A stretch of 64,000 nucleotides of DNA, from contig CAVYCN010000007.1 of the NCBI GenBank assembly GCA_963767005.1, positions 64,001 to 128,000 of the forward strand, in the 5' to 3' direction. The DNA is from an uncultured Actinomycetes bacterium (GTDB lineage Bacteria > Actinomycetota > Thermoleophilia > UBA2241). The number at the start of each line of letters is the position of its first letter. Position 1 is the first letter of the stretch. Below are positions 34,501 through 42,724 of this stretch, in pieces. The notes under the pieces were generated by a model that searched no databases, had not been told where the DNA came from, and saw only the letters and a list, made by a program, of their open reading frames with translations. Made by a program: the position numbers and the translations under genes.

Positions 34501-34958
34501 TCAACGTGAGCGACCACCCGCTCGCCTTCGTGCGCGCCGAACTCGACGGCCTCGGCGCCGTGCCCTTCGGCCGCCTCCACCTGGTACCCGACGGGCGCCG
34601 CGTCCGTGTGGCCGGCGTGCTCGAGCGCGCCCAGATGCCCTGGATCCGCAGCGGCCACCGCACCCTGTTCCTCACCCTCGAAGACGAATCCGGTCTCGCC
34701 GAGGTCGTCGTCTTCAACGACGTCTATCTGCGCTACGGGCGAGTGCTCAAAGAGGCCGTCTACCTGCTGGTCGAAGGCGAGCTGCAGAACAACGACGAGC
34801 GCGGCCTGGCGATCGTCGCCGCCCGTGTCGTCGACCTCGAAGCGGAACTCGGCCGGCTGCGCGACCTGCCGGCCGACGAGCGCAACCGCGCCCTCAGGCG
34901 TTCCGACGAATGGCTGCCCAAGGTCGAGCCGCGCACGCGCCCGGGGCGCACCGGCTGA
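31506..34958 (+). CDS. dnaE2: Error-prone DNA polymerase III alpha subunit (DnaE2 type)
   Basis: PHP domain HLHTNFS, GRGSAGNS, PDIDIDFES, KMDILGL, NQPMGFYSP (typical of DnaE2) and OB fold; SOS box upstream. Confidence 0.88.
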   Translation: MSFVHLHLHTNFSLGDGAGRIDELVAAAKRAGMPALAITDHDGLYGAVRFYQACKAAGIKPIVGVEIAVESILGSAAPEAATPDHAAAAAMAAAAAEGALVPHVSTTDLAPSPPRGQFAAAGYHLVLLARDYQGWSQLCRIVSAAHLEHRGAAPVARVATIAAEHDHLIALSGCRRGEVSALLAAGDQRGARRAARRYAALFAPGDFFIELIDELTPDSAGYVQRLDLLARELRLPTVATNDVHYLTPADAPLHDILAAEAANQPLPNPLGRRNSELSLKSPAQMWRLFSRYPQAYRNATRIAARCNLDLGLGRLLFPAYPLPPGETAYSLLCKHCFAGAAARYSPVTPEVLERLERELKVIEELGFAEYFLAVRDIVEFTRGRGIYYSGRGSAGNSIVSYVLRITDADPIRNDLLFERFLNPARREMPDIDIDFESARRDEVIEYIYERFGHDRVAMVANVNTVRAPSAVRIVARAFDFRPDEIDALSRKVPWGSAAHLSEMLAERPELAGHEFQSPHYSRLVHLAERLAGFPYILGTHLGGFILSRDPITDRVPLQWAAKGVIVAQFNKDDIETLGLVKMDILGLRMHSAIAETVRLIEARTGEHVSAWELPRDDPAVYKLISEARTIGVFQLESSGQRNLATRLREKTFDDVIAAISLFRPGPLQAEMIGPFIRRRHGREKAVVPYPDLWPALKGTYGVILYQEQVIEVASIIAGFSLADADLLRRAMTHDRSLTEMDEIGRDFVDKAVARGVPRAAAEETFRQLRGFAAYGFNKAHAACFAVVCNASAWLKAHYPAEFFCGLLDNQPMGFYSPRVVVNDARRWGLDVLPVEVNASLPGFSVERDGRALRVGLAYVKEMSGAAAAAIVAGRAPERGGSYRSLPDFCRRARVSVEIVVNLVRVGAFDGLGARREELLVQVPLVHAQVMGTVASRGGRAAGGGGGPGRGFVAASPAPAAGPPGEALRLAIDDRLGELSFVPSWSPRERVAVELEVLGLNVSDHPLAFVRAELDGLGAVPFGRLHLVPDGRRVRVAGVLERAQMPWIRSGHRTLFLTLEDESGLAEVVVFNDVYLRYGRVLKEAVYLLVEGELQNNDERGLAIVAARVVDLEAELGRLRDLPADERNRALRRSDEWLPKVEPRTRPGRTG

Positions 34959-34975
34959 CGAGGCGTCAGGCCGGA

Positions 34976-35081
34976 GGCTTCGTCGCTGACGCTCAGGCAG
35001 GCGTGACTCCGTCGCGCGCCTAGTCCGTCATTCGACTTCGTCGCTGACGCTCAGGCAGGCGTGACTCCGTCGCGCGCCTAG
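34976..35081 (+). repeat. Dispersed ~49-nt repeat, copies 2 and 3 in tandem (58-bp period)
   Basis: CTTCGTCGCTGACGCTCAGGCAGGCGTGACTCCGTCGCGCGCCTAG is present twice, identically. The last CTA is the stop codon of the 35078-35527 gene. Confidence 0.92.
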
Positions 35082-35527
35082 TACGTGCGGTCCTCGTGGG
35101 TCAGCTTCTCGATCTCGCTCTTGAAGCGCTCCCACAGGCTGGCCTTGTCGGGCAGGATCTCGGCCGTTTCGGGCACGTCGCTGACGGGCAGGTCGCGGGC
35201 CTCCTCGGCGGTCATCGTCAGCCGCACGTGTCCGGGCTGGATGCTCGCCACCTTGTCCTGGCTCACGTAGCGCGGCCGGTCGAGCCAGTTGTGGACGAGG
35301 GCCGGGCCGCCGTGGTGGGCGATCTCCAGACCGTCGAAGATGTCGGCGTTCTCGTCGCCGGCCGGCAGGAACACCTCGCCGATCTCGTAGCCGTCGGCCG
35401 AGATCACCTTCCAGTGCGGCTCGATCGCCGTCCAGGCGACCGTGGTCTCCTCGGGGTCGGTCCCTTCGCCCGGCTGGCCGCCGGCCGTCTCGTCAGCGTC
35501 CGTACGCTCGTCGCCGTCGTCGCTCAT
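35078..35527 (-). CDS. Hypothetical acidic protein (PRC-barrel/DUF2171-like)
   Basis: WKVISADGYEIGEV...DIFDGL...RYV...VRLTMT; GAGGAGG RBS. Confidence 0.6.
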   Translation of the reverse strand: MSDDGDERTDADETAGGQPGEGTDPEETTVAWTAIEPHWKVISADGYEIGEVFLPAGDENADIFDGLEIAHHGGPALVHNWLDRPRYVSQDKVASIQPGHVRLTMTAEEARDLPVSDVPETAEILPDKASLWERFKSEIEKLTHEDRTY

Positions 35528-36243
35528 CGCGCCTCCTCGCTTGCCTTGGTGTCGTCTGCGGTTCTACCCACGACCGGGGGAGCAGTCCCGGCGCCCGCGC
35601 CCGCCGCCGCAGCGCCGCCCTCGTCCGCCTCGAGCGGCTCGCGGTCGTACCAGAATCGCTCCCAGGCGATGCGAGCAGTCAACGGTCCCGGCGTGCCGTC
35701 GTCGCCGCGCAGCCGCGCGTAGGCCAGGATCGCCGGTAGTGTCGCACACCAGGCCGCCCTGCCGCGCCGACCGAGCGCGAGGCTCGCGAGCGGCAGCCCC
35801 AGGGCGGCCACCATCACGCCCAGGGCGGCGCGTCTGGCGAGGGCACCGCCGACGACGGCCGGCAGCACGACGGCGGTGGCCGGCGGGTCGATCGCGAGGG
35901 CGGCGCCGAGCGCCGTGGCGGCACCGCGCCCACCCACCACGGTCACGTGGCCGACCACCGGAGCGACGGCGAAGGCGCCCGTCAGGCCCGGTCCCGTCCC
36001 GCAGCGGCGGGCCAGGGCGGCCGGCACGGCGCCCTTGGCGAGGTCGGCGGTCAAGGTCGCGGCGCCGGCTCTCCAGCCCAGCGTGCGCGCGACGTTGGCC
36101 GCGCCGGGCTTGCCGTCGCCGGCGTTGACGATGTCGGCCGCGCCTATGAGCCGGCTCACGATGCGGGCGCTGGGCACGCAGCCGAGGGCGAAGGCGGCCG
36201 GCAGGCCGACGGCGACGCAGGTCGTACGACGGAGGATGTTCAC
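35524..36243 (-). CDS. plsY: Glycerol-3-phosphate acyltransferase PlsY family
   Basis: ALGCVPS, GDGKPGAANVARTLG, DLAKG, VVGH and GGRGAAT. Confidence 0.8.
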   Translation of the reverse strand: MNILRRTTCVAVGLPAAFALGCVPSARIVSRLIGAADIVNAGDGKPGAANVARTLGWRAGAATLTADLAKGAVPAALARRCGTGPGLTGAFAVAPVVGHVTVVGGRGAATALGAALAIDPPATAVVLPAVVGGALARRAALGVMVAALGLPLASLALGRRGRAAWCATLPAILAYARLRGDDGTPGPLTARIAWERFWYDREPLEADEGGAAAAGAGAGTAPPVVGRTADDTKASEEAR

Positions 36244-37352
36244 GTGGCCGTGCCTCCTTGCGAGGGTGAGGGCGCGCCGGGTGGGGCGCCGGTGGCGGGC
36301 GGGGCTGCCTCGGCAGCCCCGCCCGCCACCGGCGCGGAGCCGCTCCTGACCAGAAACGCGCCGCCGCCGAACGCGACCGGCAGCAACCAGGTCGCGATAC
36401 GCCACAGCACCAGGCTCGGCACGCGGATGGTGGCGACGGCCGCCGGTCCGATCAGGGCGAGGTAGCCGAGCTCGGCTACCCCGGCACCGCCGGCCAGCGG
36501 CGAGAGCGGCATGATCACCTGCAGCACCGCCTGGCCGGTGACGATCTCGAGGACACGGCCGTGCCAGCCGAGCCCGACCAGGATCAGCGGGATGATCGCG
36601 AACATCGCTGTCCAGTACAGCAGCGTCGCAAGGGCGGCACCCGTCCACAGCCGCCAGCCGGCGTGGTGGTACTCGCCGAAGGCTTCGCGCACAGCGTGGA
36701 TGTTCTGGTGAAAACGCTCCGGGAGCTGCTCGAGGCCGATCGGTCGGCGCACCCACAGCGAACCGATCGCCCAGGCGACCGCGGTCGCGCCGACCGCGCC
36801 GATCACGACCCAGCGCTGCAGCGGCGTGATCGGCGAGCCGGTCGCCGGCAGCAGCGCGGCCAGGGCAACGAGCACGAGCACCGACGTGTGCACCACGCCC
36901 TTCACCAGGATCACGGCGGTCGCCTGCGGCAGCGTCAGCCCCTGGCGCCGCAGCGAGAGCGCCTGGTACGGGATCTCCACGCCGCCGAACGACGTCGTGC
37001 CGCCCACGAAGTTGGCACGCAGCGACAGCAGGAGCAGCGGCCGCAGCGGCAGGCGGCGCTCGTGCACGCGCGCCAGCAGCACCAGGGCCGCCGCGTCGGC
37101 CAGCAGGTAGCCGACCACGCAGAGCGCCGCGTAGGCGAGGAACTCGGGCTCGCGCGTATGGCTCCGCACGACGACGAAGTCGTGCGTCAGGTGCAGGCTG
37201 AAGAGGCGCACGATCAGCACCGTGGTCATGACGCTCAGGGCGAAGCCCGCGAACATGCGCGGCCTGGTGAGAAAGGCGCGCAAGCGCTCGGGCGGCGCGA
37301 CGAGCGGCTGTTCGACCTCGCCGGGCACCGGTTGCTGTGGCGCGTCAGACAC
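36240..37352 (-). CDS. Lysylphosphatidylglycerol synthase TM / flippase-like protein (UPF0104)
   Basis: About 8 TM segments, PLAGGAGVAE and LVLWRIATW. Confidence 0.8.
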   Translation of the reverse strand: MSDAPQQPVPGEVEQPLVAPPERLRAFLTRPRMFAGFALSVMTTVLIVRLFSLHLTHDFVVVRSHTREPEFLAYAALCVVGYLLADAAALVLLARVHERRLPLRPLLLLSLRANFVGGTTSFGGVEIPYQALSLRRQGLTLPQATAVILVKGVVHTSVLVLVALAALLPATGSPITPLQRWVVIGAVGATAVAWAIGSLWVRRPIGLEQLPERFHQNIHAVREAFGEYHHAGWRLWTGAALATLLYWTAMFAIIPLILVGLGWHGRVLEIVTGQAVLQVIMPLSPLAGGAGVAELGYLALIGPAAVATIRVPSLVLWRIATWLLPVAFGGGAFLVRSGSAPVAGGAAEAAPPATGAPPGAPSPSQGGTAT

Positions 37353-38565
37353 CGACGAACTGGCGATCGAGATCGAGTGGGACGAGCCCCGGCCACCGCA
37401 CCGCGCGGCGCAGCAGCTCGTGGTAGCGCGCGGCGGCGACCTCGGGAGCGTGGCGCGACAGGGCGAGGCGGCGCCCCCTCTCCCCCATGCGGCGCCGCTC
37501 GTCGGCGCTCATGGCGAGCAGCCGGCCGAGCGCCTCGCGCAGCTCGCCCGGTCCCTGGGCGTCGACCACGAGCCCGCTCTCGCCGTCGATCACCGCTTCG
37601 GGCGCGCCACCCGAACGGCCGACGATCAGCGGCAGGCAGCTGAGCGCGGCCTCGGCGTACACGATGCCAAAGCCCTCGACCTCGAGACCACGCAGCCGCG
37701 TACGCGACGGGCCGGCGAACACGTCGGCCGCGCGCAGCCACAGTCGCAGCCGGTCGCCGGTGACCTCGCCGGGCAGATGGACGCGGTCGGCGATGCCGGC
37801 GGCGGCCGCCCGGCTGCGCAGCTCGCCGGCCAGGCGGCCGCCGCCGACCAGGGCGAGACGCGCGTCAGGAAACGACCCGGCGAGCGCCGCCATGGCGTCG
37901 ATCAGCATGTCCTGGCCCTTGCGCGGCACGAGCCGCCCGACGCAGAGCACGAGCAGTCCGTCGGCCAGGCCGAGAGCGGCGCGAGCGGCCGCCGGGTCGA
38001 CGTCGAGGGCCGCCGTGTAACGGTCGACCTCCAGGGCGGGACGCACCACCTCGGCGCGTGCCAGGCCGCTGGTCAGACGCGCGGCCTGGTCGGCCGTGTA
38101 GCGGCTCACGGTGAGCAGCAGCGCCGCCTCGACGAGCACGGTGCGCAGCATTCGGGCGAGGCCGGGGACCGCGCCGGGCAAGGTGACCTCGGCGCCGCCC
38201 AGAAAGACGACGTAGGGCACGTGCGCCGTGCGCCGCAGCCAGGGACCGAGCAACCCGGCCGGCAGCGGGTGGCCGAGCTGCAGGAGCTCGAGGTCGTGCT
38301 CGCGGATGAGGCGCTCGCACAGGCGCTCGAGCGCCGGCGTGGGCAGGAGCACCGAGCGCTTGTCGCGGATCACGGTGTACGGGTGGCCGGCGTCGAAGGC
38401 GGCGGCGTCGGGGTGGGCGGGCGCGACCACGACCACGTCGTCGGGGTCGAGCGTCTGGAGCATGTTCCAGTAGTAGGTCTGGGCGCCGCCGACCCTGGGC
38501 GGGAAGTCGTTGGTCACAAACAGGGTGCGGGGGACCGGTCCGCCCACGAGCCTGGCCTCGTCCAT
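37345..38565 (-). CDS. GT4 glycosyltransferase (PimB'-like)
   Basis: VTNDFPPRVGG, VGRLVPRKGQDMLI, EGFGIVYAEA and GRSGGAPEAV. Probably leaderless after TACAAT. Confidence 0.9.
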   Translation of the reverse strand: MDEARLVGGPVPRTLFVTNDFPPRVGGAQTYYWNMLQTLDPDDVVVVAPAHPDAAAFDAGHPYTVIRDKRSVLLPTPALERLCERLIREHDLELLQLGHPLPAGLLGPWLRRTAHVPYVVFLGGAEVTLPGAVPGLARMLRTVLVEAALLLTVSRYTADQAARLTSGLARAEVVRPALEVDRYTAALDVDPAAARAALGLADGLLVLCVGRLVPRKGQDMLIDAMAALAGSFPDARLALVGGGRLAGELRSRAAAAGIADRVHLPGEVTGDRLRLWLRAADVFAGPSRTRLRGLEVEGFGIVYAEAALSCLPLIVGRSGGAPEAVIDGESGLVVDAQGPGELREALGRLLAMSADERRRMGERGRRLALSRHAPEVAAARYHELLRRAVRWPGLVPLDLDRQFVGV

Positions 38566-38666
38566 GGCGGCCATTGTACCCGTTCGTGACGGCGCCCGGC
38601 CGTGGTGCCATCTTCGCCGTTCGTGACGCGCCCGGCCGCGTAGCGACGTACCGCGGCCGTGACGCC

Positions 38667-40331
38667 CTACGGCTGCTGGCGCTCGACGATGGCCTGCAGG
38701 ACCTCGAGCTCGTCGCGGTCGAACCAGTACAGGTCGCAGGGGCTGCAGTAGTCGATCTCGACGGCGTAGTCGTAACTGTACAGGCGGCGCATCATGGGCC
38801 GGCCGCAGCGCGGACAGGCGATCGTCTCGCCGCCGCCCGCCGCACGCCGGGCGCGGTCGGCGCGGCGCAGGTGGTCGCCGTTCTGGATGACGGCCGTCGC
38901 CTCCTGGAGCTGGCCCTGGTCGAACCGCATCTCGCGGCGCGCCAGAACGCGCTGCACCTGCGAGCTGCCGGCCAGCCGGCCGCCGCAGCCCCGGCAGATG
39001 AGCACGTCGGCGCCTTCGTAGTCGAAACGCTCCAGCCCGGTGCCGCAGCGCGGGCAGCGGCCCACGCCGCCGCCCCCGTCCCGGCCCGCCGGCGACTGTC
39101 CGGCGCCCGGTGCTGTGATCGGCGCCTGCGCGGCGGGCGGCGCCTGCGCGGCGGGCGGCGCCTGCGGCGCCGACGCCGGTGCGCTCTGCACGGGCGCGGC
39201 CGCGAGCGTCGTCGTCACGAGCTGGGCGAGCCGGTCCTGGGCGGCCATCGGAGGTGGCGGCTCGGGAGCGGCCGTCGCGTGTTCCTGCTGGGCGGCGGCG
39301 GTTTCGGCCGCCGCCATCTGGGCGTTGAACTGGTCCCAGCCGACGTGCGCGGCGTTCAGCAGACGAGTGATGCGGTCGTTGATGGGCGGATGCGTGGCCA
39401 TGGCGCGCGCGAAGAAGCCGTTCGGCGTGAGCTCGGTCGGCCTGATGCACAGCGCCGACAGACCGTCGGGCATGTAGCCGCCGCCACTCTGGTAGCCCAC
39501 CATCATCTGCAGCGCCTGAGCGAGGCTGAGCGGATCGCGTGTGTAGCGCGCGGCGGCGGCGTCGGCCTCCCACTCGCGCTGCCGCGAGATAGCCGCGTTG
39601 GTGACGGCCGACGCCGCCTCGGCGAGCCGCACGAGCAGGTAGAGAAGGATGGACGCGGCGCTCACCCGTACGTCGCTTTCGAAACCGCCCTCGAGCGTGT
39701 CGGCTACGCCACTGTAGATGCCGAACAGCAGGCAGGCGCTCGTGGCGGTCACGTAGTCGCCCGACAGCACGTGGCCGAACTCGTGGGCGACGACGCCCTG
39801 GAGCTGCTCGCGCGACAGACGCGACAGGGCGCCCTCGGTCACGCCGATGCAGGCGCCGCCCTTCAGGTCGCTGAACGTGAACGCGTTCATCGCCCGCGTC
39901 GGCACGGTGAGACAGGTCACGGCCGGGGAGCCGGTCGCCAGGCGCATCTCCTCGACGATATCGGACAACCGCTGGTGGAAGCGGTCGCCCGGGTCGAGCG
40001 CCTGCGCGTGCATCATGCGGATCAGCCGTTCGCGGGCGCTGCGCCGCGAGAAGTACCAGTACGCGACGGCGAGCAGCAGCGCGATCAGCACCACGAGCCC
40101 GATCGACGCGACGAGCGAGCCGACGGTCGGCGCGACGCCGGCGGCGGTGCTCGTGCTCATGCCGTCGGTGCGCAGCAGCCAGACCACACCGCCGAGCACG
40201 ACGGCGAGCGGCGCGATGCAGAGGAGCACGATGGCGGCCAGGAGCCCGAAGAGCGCCCACACGCGCCAGCGCGCCTCGCGCTCCACCTGGAAGATCGACT
40301 TCGTCGTCCGCGCCCTGGGCGTCTCTGCCAC
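38667..40331 (-). CDS. M48/HtpX zinc metalloprotease with two C-terminal zf-TFIIB-like zinc ribbons
   Basis: NAF, HEFGH, SRQREWEAD and THPP, followed by CPRC..CRGC and CPRC..CSPC. Confidence 0.85.
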   Translation of the reverse strand: MAETPRARTTKSIFQVEREARWRVWALFGLLAAIVLLCIAPLAVVLGGVVWLLRTDGMSTSTAAGVAPTVGSLVASIGLVVLIALLLAVAYWYFSRRSARERLIRMMHAQALDPGDRFHQRLSDIVEEMRLATGSPAVTCLTVPTRAMNAFTFSDLKGGACIGVTEGALSRLSREQLQGVVAHEFGHVLSGDYVTATSACLLFGIYSGVADTLEGGFESDVRVSAASILLYLLVRLAEAASAVTNAAISRQREWEADAAAARYTRDPLSLAQALQMMVGYQSGGGYMPDGLSALCIRPTELTPNGFFARAMATHPPINDRITRLLNAAHVGWDQFNAQMAAAETAAAQQEHATAAPEPPPPMAAQDRLAQLVTTTLAAAPVQSAPASAPQAPPAAQAPPAAQAPITAPGAGQSPAGRDGGGGVGRCPRCGTGLERFDYEGADVLICRGCGGRLAGSSQVQRVLARREMRFDQGQLQEATAVIQNGDHLRRADRARRAAGGGETIACPRCGRPMMRRLYSYDYAVEIDYCSPCDLYWFDRDELEVLQAIVERQQP

Positions 40332-40475
40332 GCGCTCGCCGTCCCTTCCGGCCCGCCGGACTTCGGGTCTCTATGTCGGCAGACGGGGCGCGCGCTTGAA
40401 GAGCGCACCGCAGAGAGCGTGAAAAGACACGCGAGATCCTGGTTTACACTGTGAGCGACGTGGTAATATACGGTC

Positions 40476-40634
40476 TGCGACCACGGGCAAGGCCTTCCCA
40501 ACCGCGGTACGCCCGGGCCGCAAGGTACCCCCCCAGGTACCACCCATGGCTCCTTTCACAGCCCCAGACCCCCCTCTGGGGCTGCCCATTTTCGGGACAC
40601 AGCCCCAGACCCCCCTCTGGGGCTGTGTGCTTTC
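40476..40634 (+). ncRNA. 6C-like RNA with hairpins closed by six-cytosine loops
   Basis: Two identical CAGCCCCAGA-CCCCCC-TCTGGGGCTG hairpins (40559-84, 40600-25) plus GGTACC-CCCCCA-GGTACC. Extended -10 TGGTAATAT at 40461-69. Confidence 0.6.
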
Positions 40635-40664
40635 TGGGCGAGCGATCGGCTGGCGAGCGCGGGC

Positions 40665-41375
40665 TCAGGGCTCGCGCACCCTCGCCACCGTGAGGAAGTT
40701 GGCCATGAGCTCGCCGCAGACCATGGCCGAGCGCAGCAGCTCGCGTTTGCTCACGTCTCTCAGCACCCTGCCGCCGTCGGGGTGCTCGCGCGCGATCACG
40801 CCGCCCGCCGCGCGCAGCCACGACCGCAGCAGGCGCCTGTCGAGCTCGGGGTGGAACTGCACGCCCCAGGCGGCCCGACCGACGCGGAAGATCTGGGGGT
40901 CGCCGTCGGTGTCGGCGAGCGGCAGCGCCTCGTCGGGCAGGCGACAGGTGTCCTCGCGCCACGAGAAGACGAGCGGCCGCGGGTGCATGCCGGCCACGAA
41001 GGCGTCGCGGGCCGAGAACTCGATCGGCTCCCAACCCAGGTCGAGCGCCGCCCGCGGGTAGACGTCGCCGCCGGCCGCCAGGCAGAGCTGCTGCGCACCC
41101 AGGCCGATGCCCAGCGTCGGCAGCGCAGCCGACACGGCCGCCGCGAGCAGCTCGCGCTCGAGCGCGAGCAGCGGCTCCGCGCTGCCGTCGCCGACGCGGC
41201 CCCGCCCTCCGAGCGTGACCAGCGCCGCGCAGCGCTCGAGCTCGGCGGCGCTCGGCAGCGGGTCGCCGCGGTCGAGGCGCCGCACGTCGAGCGTAAGTCG
41301 CGCGTCGCCCAGGTACTCGCCGATCAGGGCCGGCGGCGACTGGGCCTCGTGCTGCAGGATGACGACGGTCGGCAT
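40665..41375 (-). CDS. Class I glutamine amidotransferase-like protein lacking the catalytic Cys
   Basis: ILQHE, TLGG, LGIGLGAQQL (canonical GICLG) and GVQFHPE. Confidence 0.82.
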   Translation of the reverse strand: MPTVVILQHEAQSPPALIGEYLGDARLTLDVRRLDRGDPLPSAAELERCAALVTLGGRGRVGDGSAEPLLALERELLAAAVSAALPTLGIGLGAQQLCLAAGGDVYPRAALDLGWEPIEFSARDAFVAGMHPRPLVFSWREDTCRLPDEALPLADTDGDPQIFRVGRAAWGVQFHPELDRRLLRSWLRAAGGVIAREHPDGGRVLRDVSKRELLRSAMVCGELMANFLTVARVREP

Positions 41376-41508
41376 GGCTCGTGTACGATACTCCTCGCCA
41401 CGAGCGTCGTGCGCTCGGCAACGCGAGCGCGCGGCTCTCGCCCGCCGACGGAGCCGCTCACCCGAGGAGACACATGAGCACCGACCAGCACTGCCCCCCG
41501 GACCACCG

Positions 41509-42357
41509 ATGACGCCCGCCGCGATCGACCCGGCTACCCCGCGCGTCGAGATCCTGAGCGCCGGCAACGAGGTGCTGCTCGGCGACGTCCTCGATACGAA
41601 CTCCCACCGTCTGTGCCGCCTCGTCACCGCGCTCGGCGGCGCCGTGACCCGCACCGTGCTCGTGCGCGACGACCTCGACGCCCTCGCCGCCGAGGTGCGC
41701 GGCGTGCTCTCGCGTGCGCCGGCGCTCGCCTTCACGGTCGGCGGCCTCGGGCCCACGGCCGACGACATGACCCTGGCCGGCCTGGCGCTCGGCCTCGGCG
41801 TGCAGCTCGAGCTGCACGCCGAGGCCGAGCGCCTCGTGCGCGAGGCCTACGCCGGCTTCGCGGCCCGCGGCCTCGTGCCCTTCGCCGAGATGAACGTCTC
41901 GCGCCGCAAGATGGCGCGGCTGCCGCGGGGCGCCTTTCCCGTGCCCAACCCGGTCGGCGGCGCCCCGGGTGTGGTCACGGTGGTCGGGCCGACCACGTTC
42001 GTGTCGCTGCCCGGCGTGCCCGAGGAGCTCGCCGCCATCGTCGACCGGTCGCTCGACGCCGTCTTCTCGGGCATCTTCCACGCCGCCCACTACGAGGAGC
42101 GCACGCTGGCCGTCGACCTGCAGGACGAGTCGGCGATCGCCGACATCCTGGCCGCCGTCGAGGCCGCCCACCCCGCCGTCTACGTCAAGTCGCGCGCCAA
42201 AGTCATGGCCGAGGGCGTCACCCTGCGCATCACGCTCTCGACCCGCGGCGACGACCCCGCCCGCGTCGACGAGCTCCTGCGCGCGCCGGCCGCCGAGCTC
42301 GCGGAGCAGATCGCCGCCGCCGGCTTCGCCGTTCGCCCCGAGGAGCCCGAAGCCTGA
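41509..42357 (+). CDS. CinA-like molybdopterin-binding domain protein
   Basis: EILSAGNEVLLGDVLDTNS, GGLGPTADDMT, NPVGGAPG and LPGVPEE. Confidence 0.88.
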   Translation: MTPAAIDPATPRVEILSAGNEVLLGDVLDTNSHRLCRLVTALGGAVTRTVLVRDDLDALAAEVRGVLSRAPALAFTVGGLGPTADDMTLAGLALGLGVQLELHAEAERLVREAYAGFAARGLVPFAEMNVSRRKMARLPRGAFPVPNPVGGAPGVVTVVGPTTFVSLPGVPEELAAIVDRSLDAVFSGIFHAAHYEERTLAVDLQDESAIADILAAVEAAHPAVYVKSRAKVMAEGVTLRITLSTRGDDPARVDELLRAPAAELAEQIAAAGFAVRPEEPEA

Positions 42358-42474
42358 CCAGCAGGGGCTTGCGCCCGCGGCGCGTCGCGGGTCTCCACCC
42401 GAGTCGCTGCCTCACCATCGTCGACGCGCCCGAACCGAGGGCTGAGGCCCACCACGCCCCCGGCACCTCCAACT

Positions 42475-42724
42475 GGGTAGACGGCGAGCAGGATCGAGCA
42501 CGCGCACGGTCCGGGCTCCCGCCTCGTACGCCGGTGGTCGGGCGGCGGGGGTGAGGGCGAGGGCGAACTTCGAGCCGGACCCGGCGCGGCGTAGCCGAGC
42601 CGGTCCCCGCAGCGAACCGCGAGCCCGAGCCCTCACCCCCGCCGCAGCCGCAGGCGCGCCAAGACGAGAGGAGGGTCTTCGCGGACCGCCCGCACGCGGC
42701 GCAGATCCCTGCTCGCCGCTACCC
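42475..42724. repeat. ~250-nt imperfect foldback with GGGTAG-led terminal inverted repeats
   Basis: Paired segments 42475-95/42704-24, 42507-13/42682-88 and a perfect 17-bp 42542-58/42629-45; apex CGGCGTAGCCG. Confidence 0.65.

Noticed and set aside
34976-35081. CRISPR array
   Set aside because: Only two units, a ~10-nt spacer and no cas genes; the same sequence occurs singly elsewhere in the window.
37345-40260. 971-aa ORF
   Set aside because: An off-frame read of the HtpX gene joined to the GT4 gene; GT4 motifs start only after 38565.
40557-40625. Mini-CRISPR from the 28-nt palindromic direct repeat
   Set aside because: Two copies with a 13-nt spacer, and the C6 loops fit a 6C-like RNA better.
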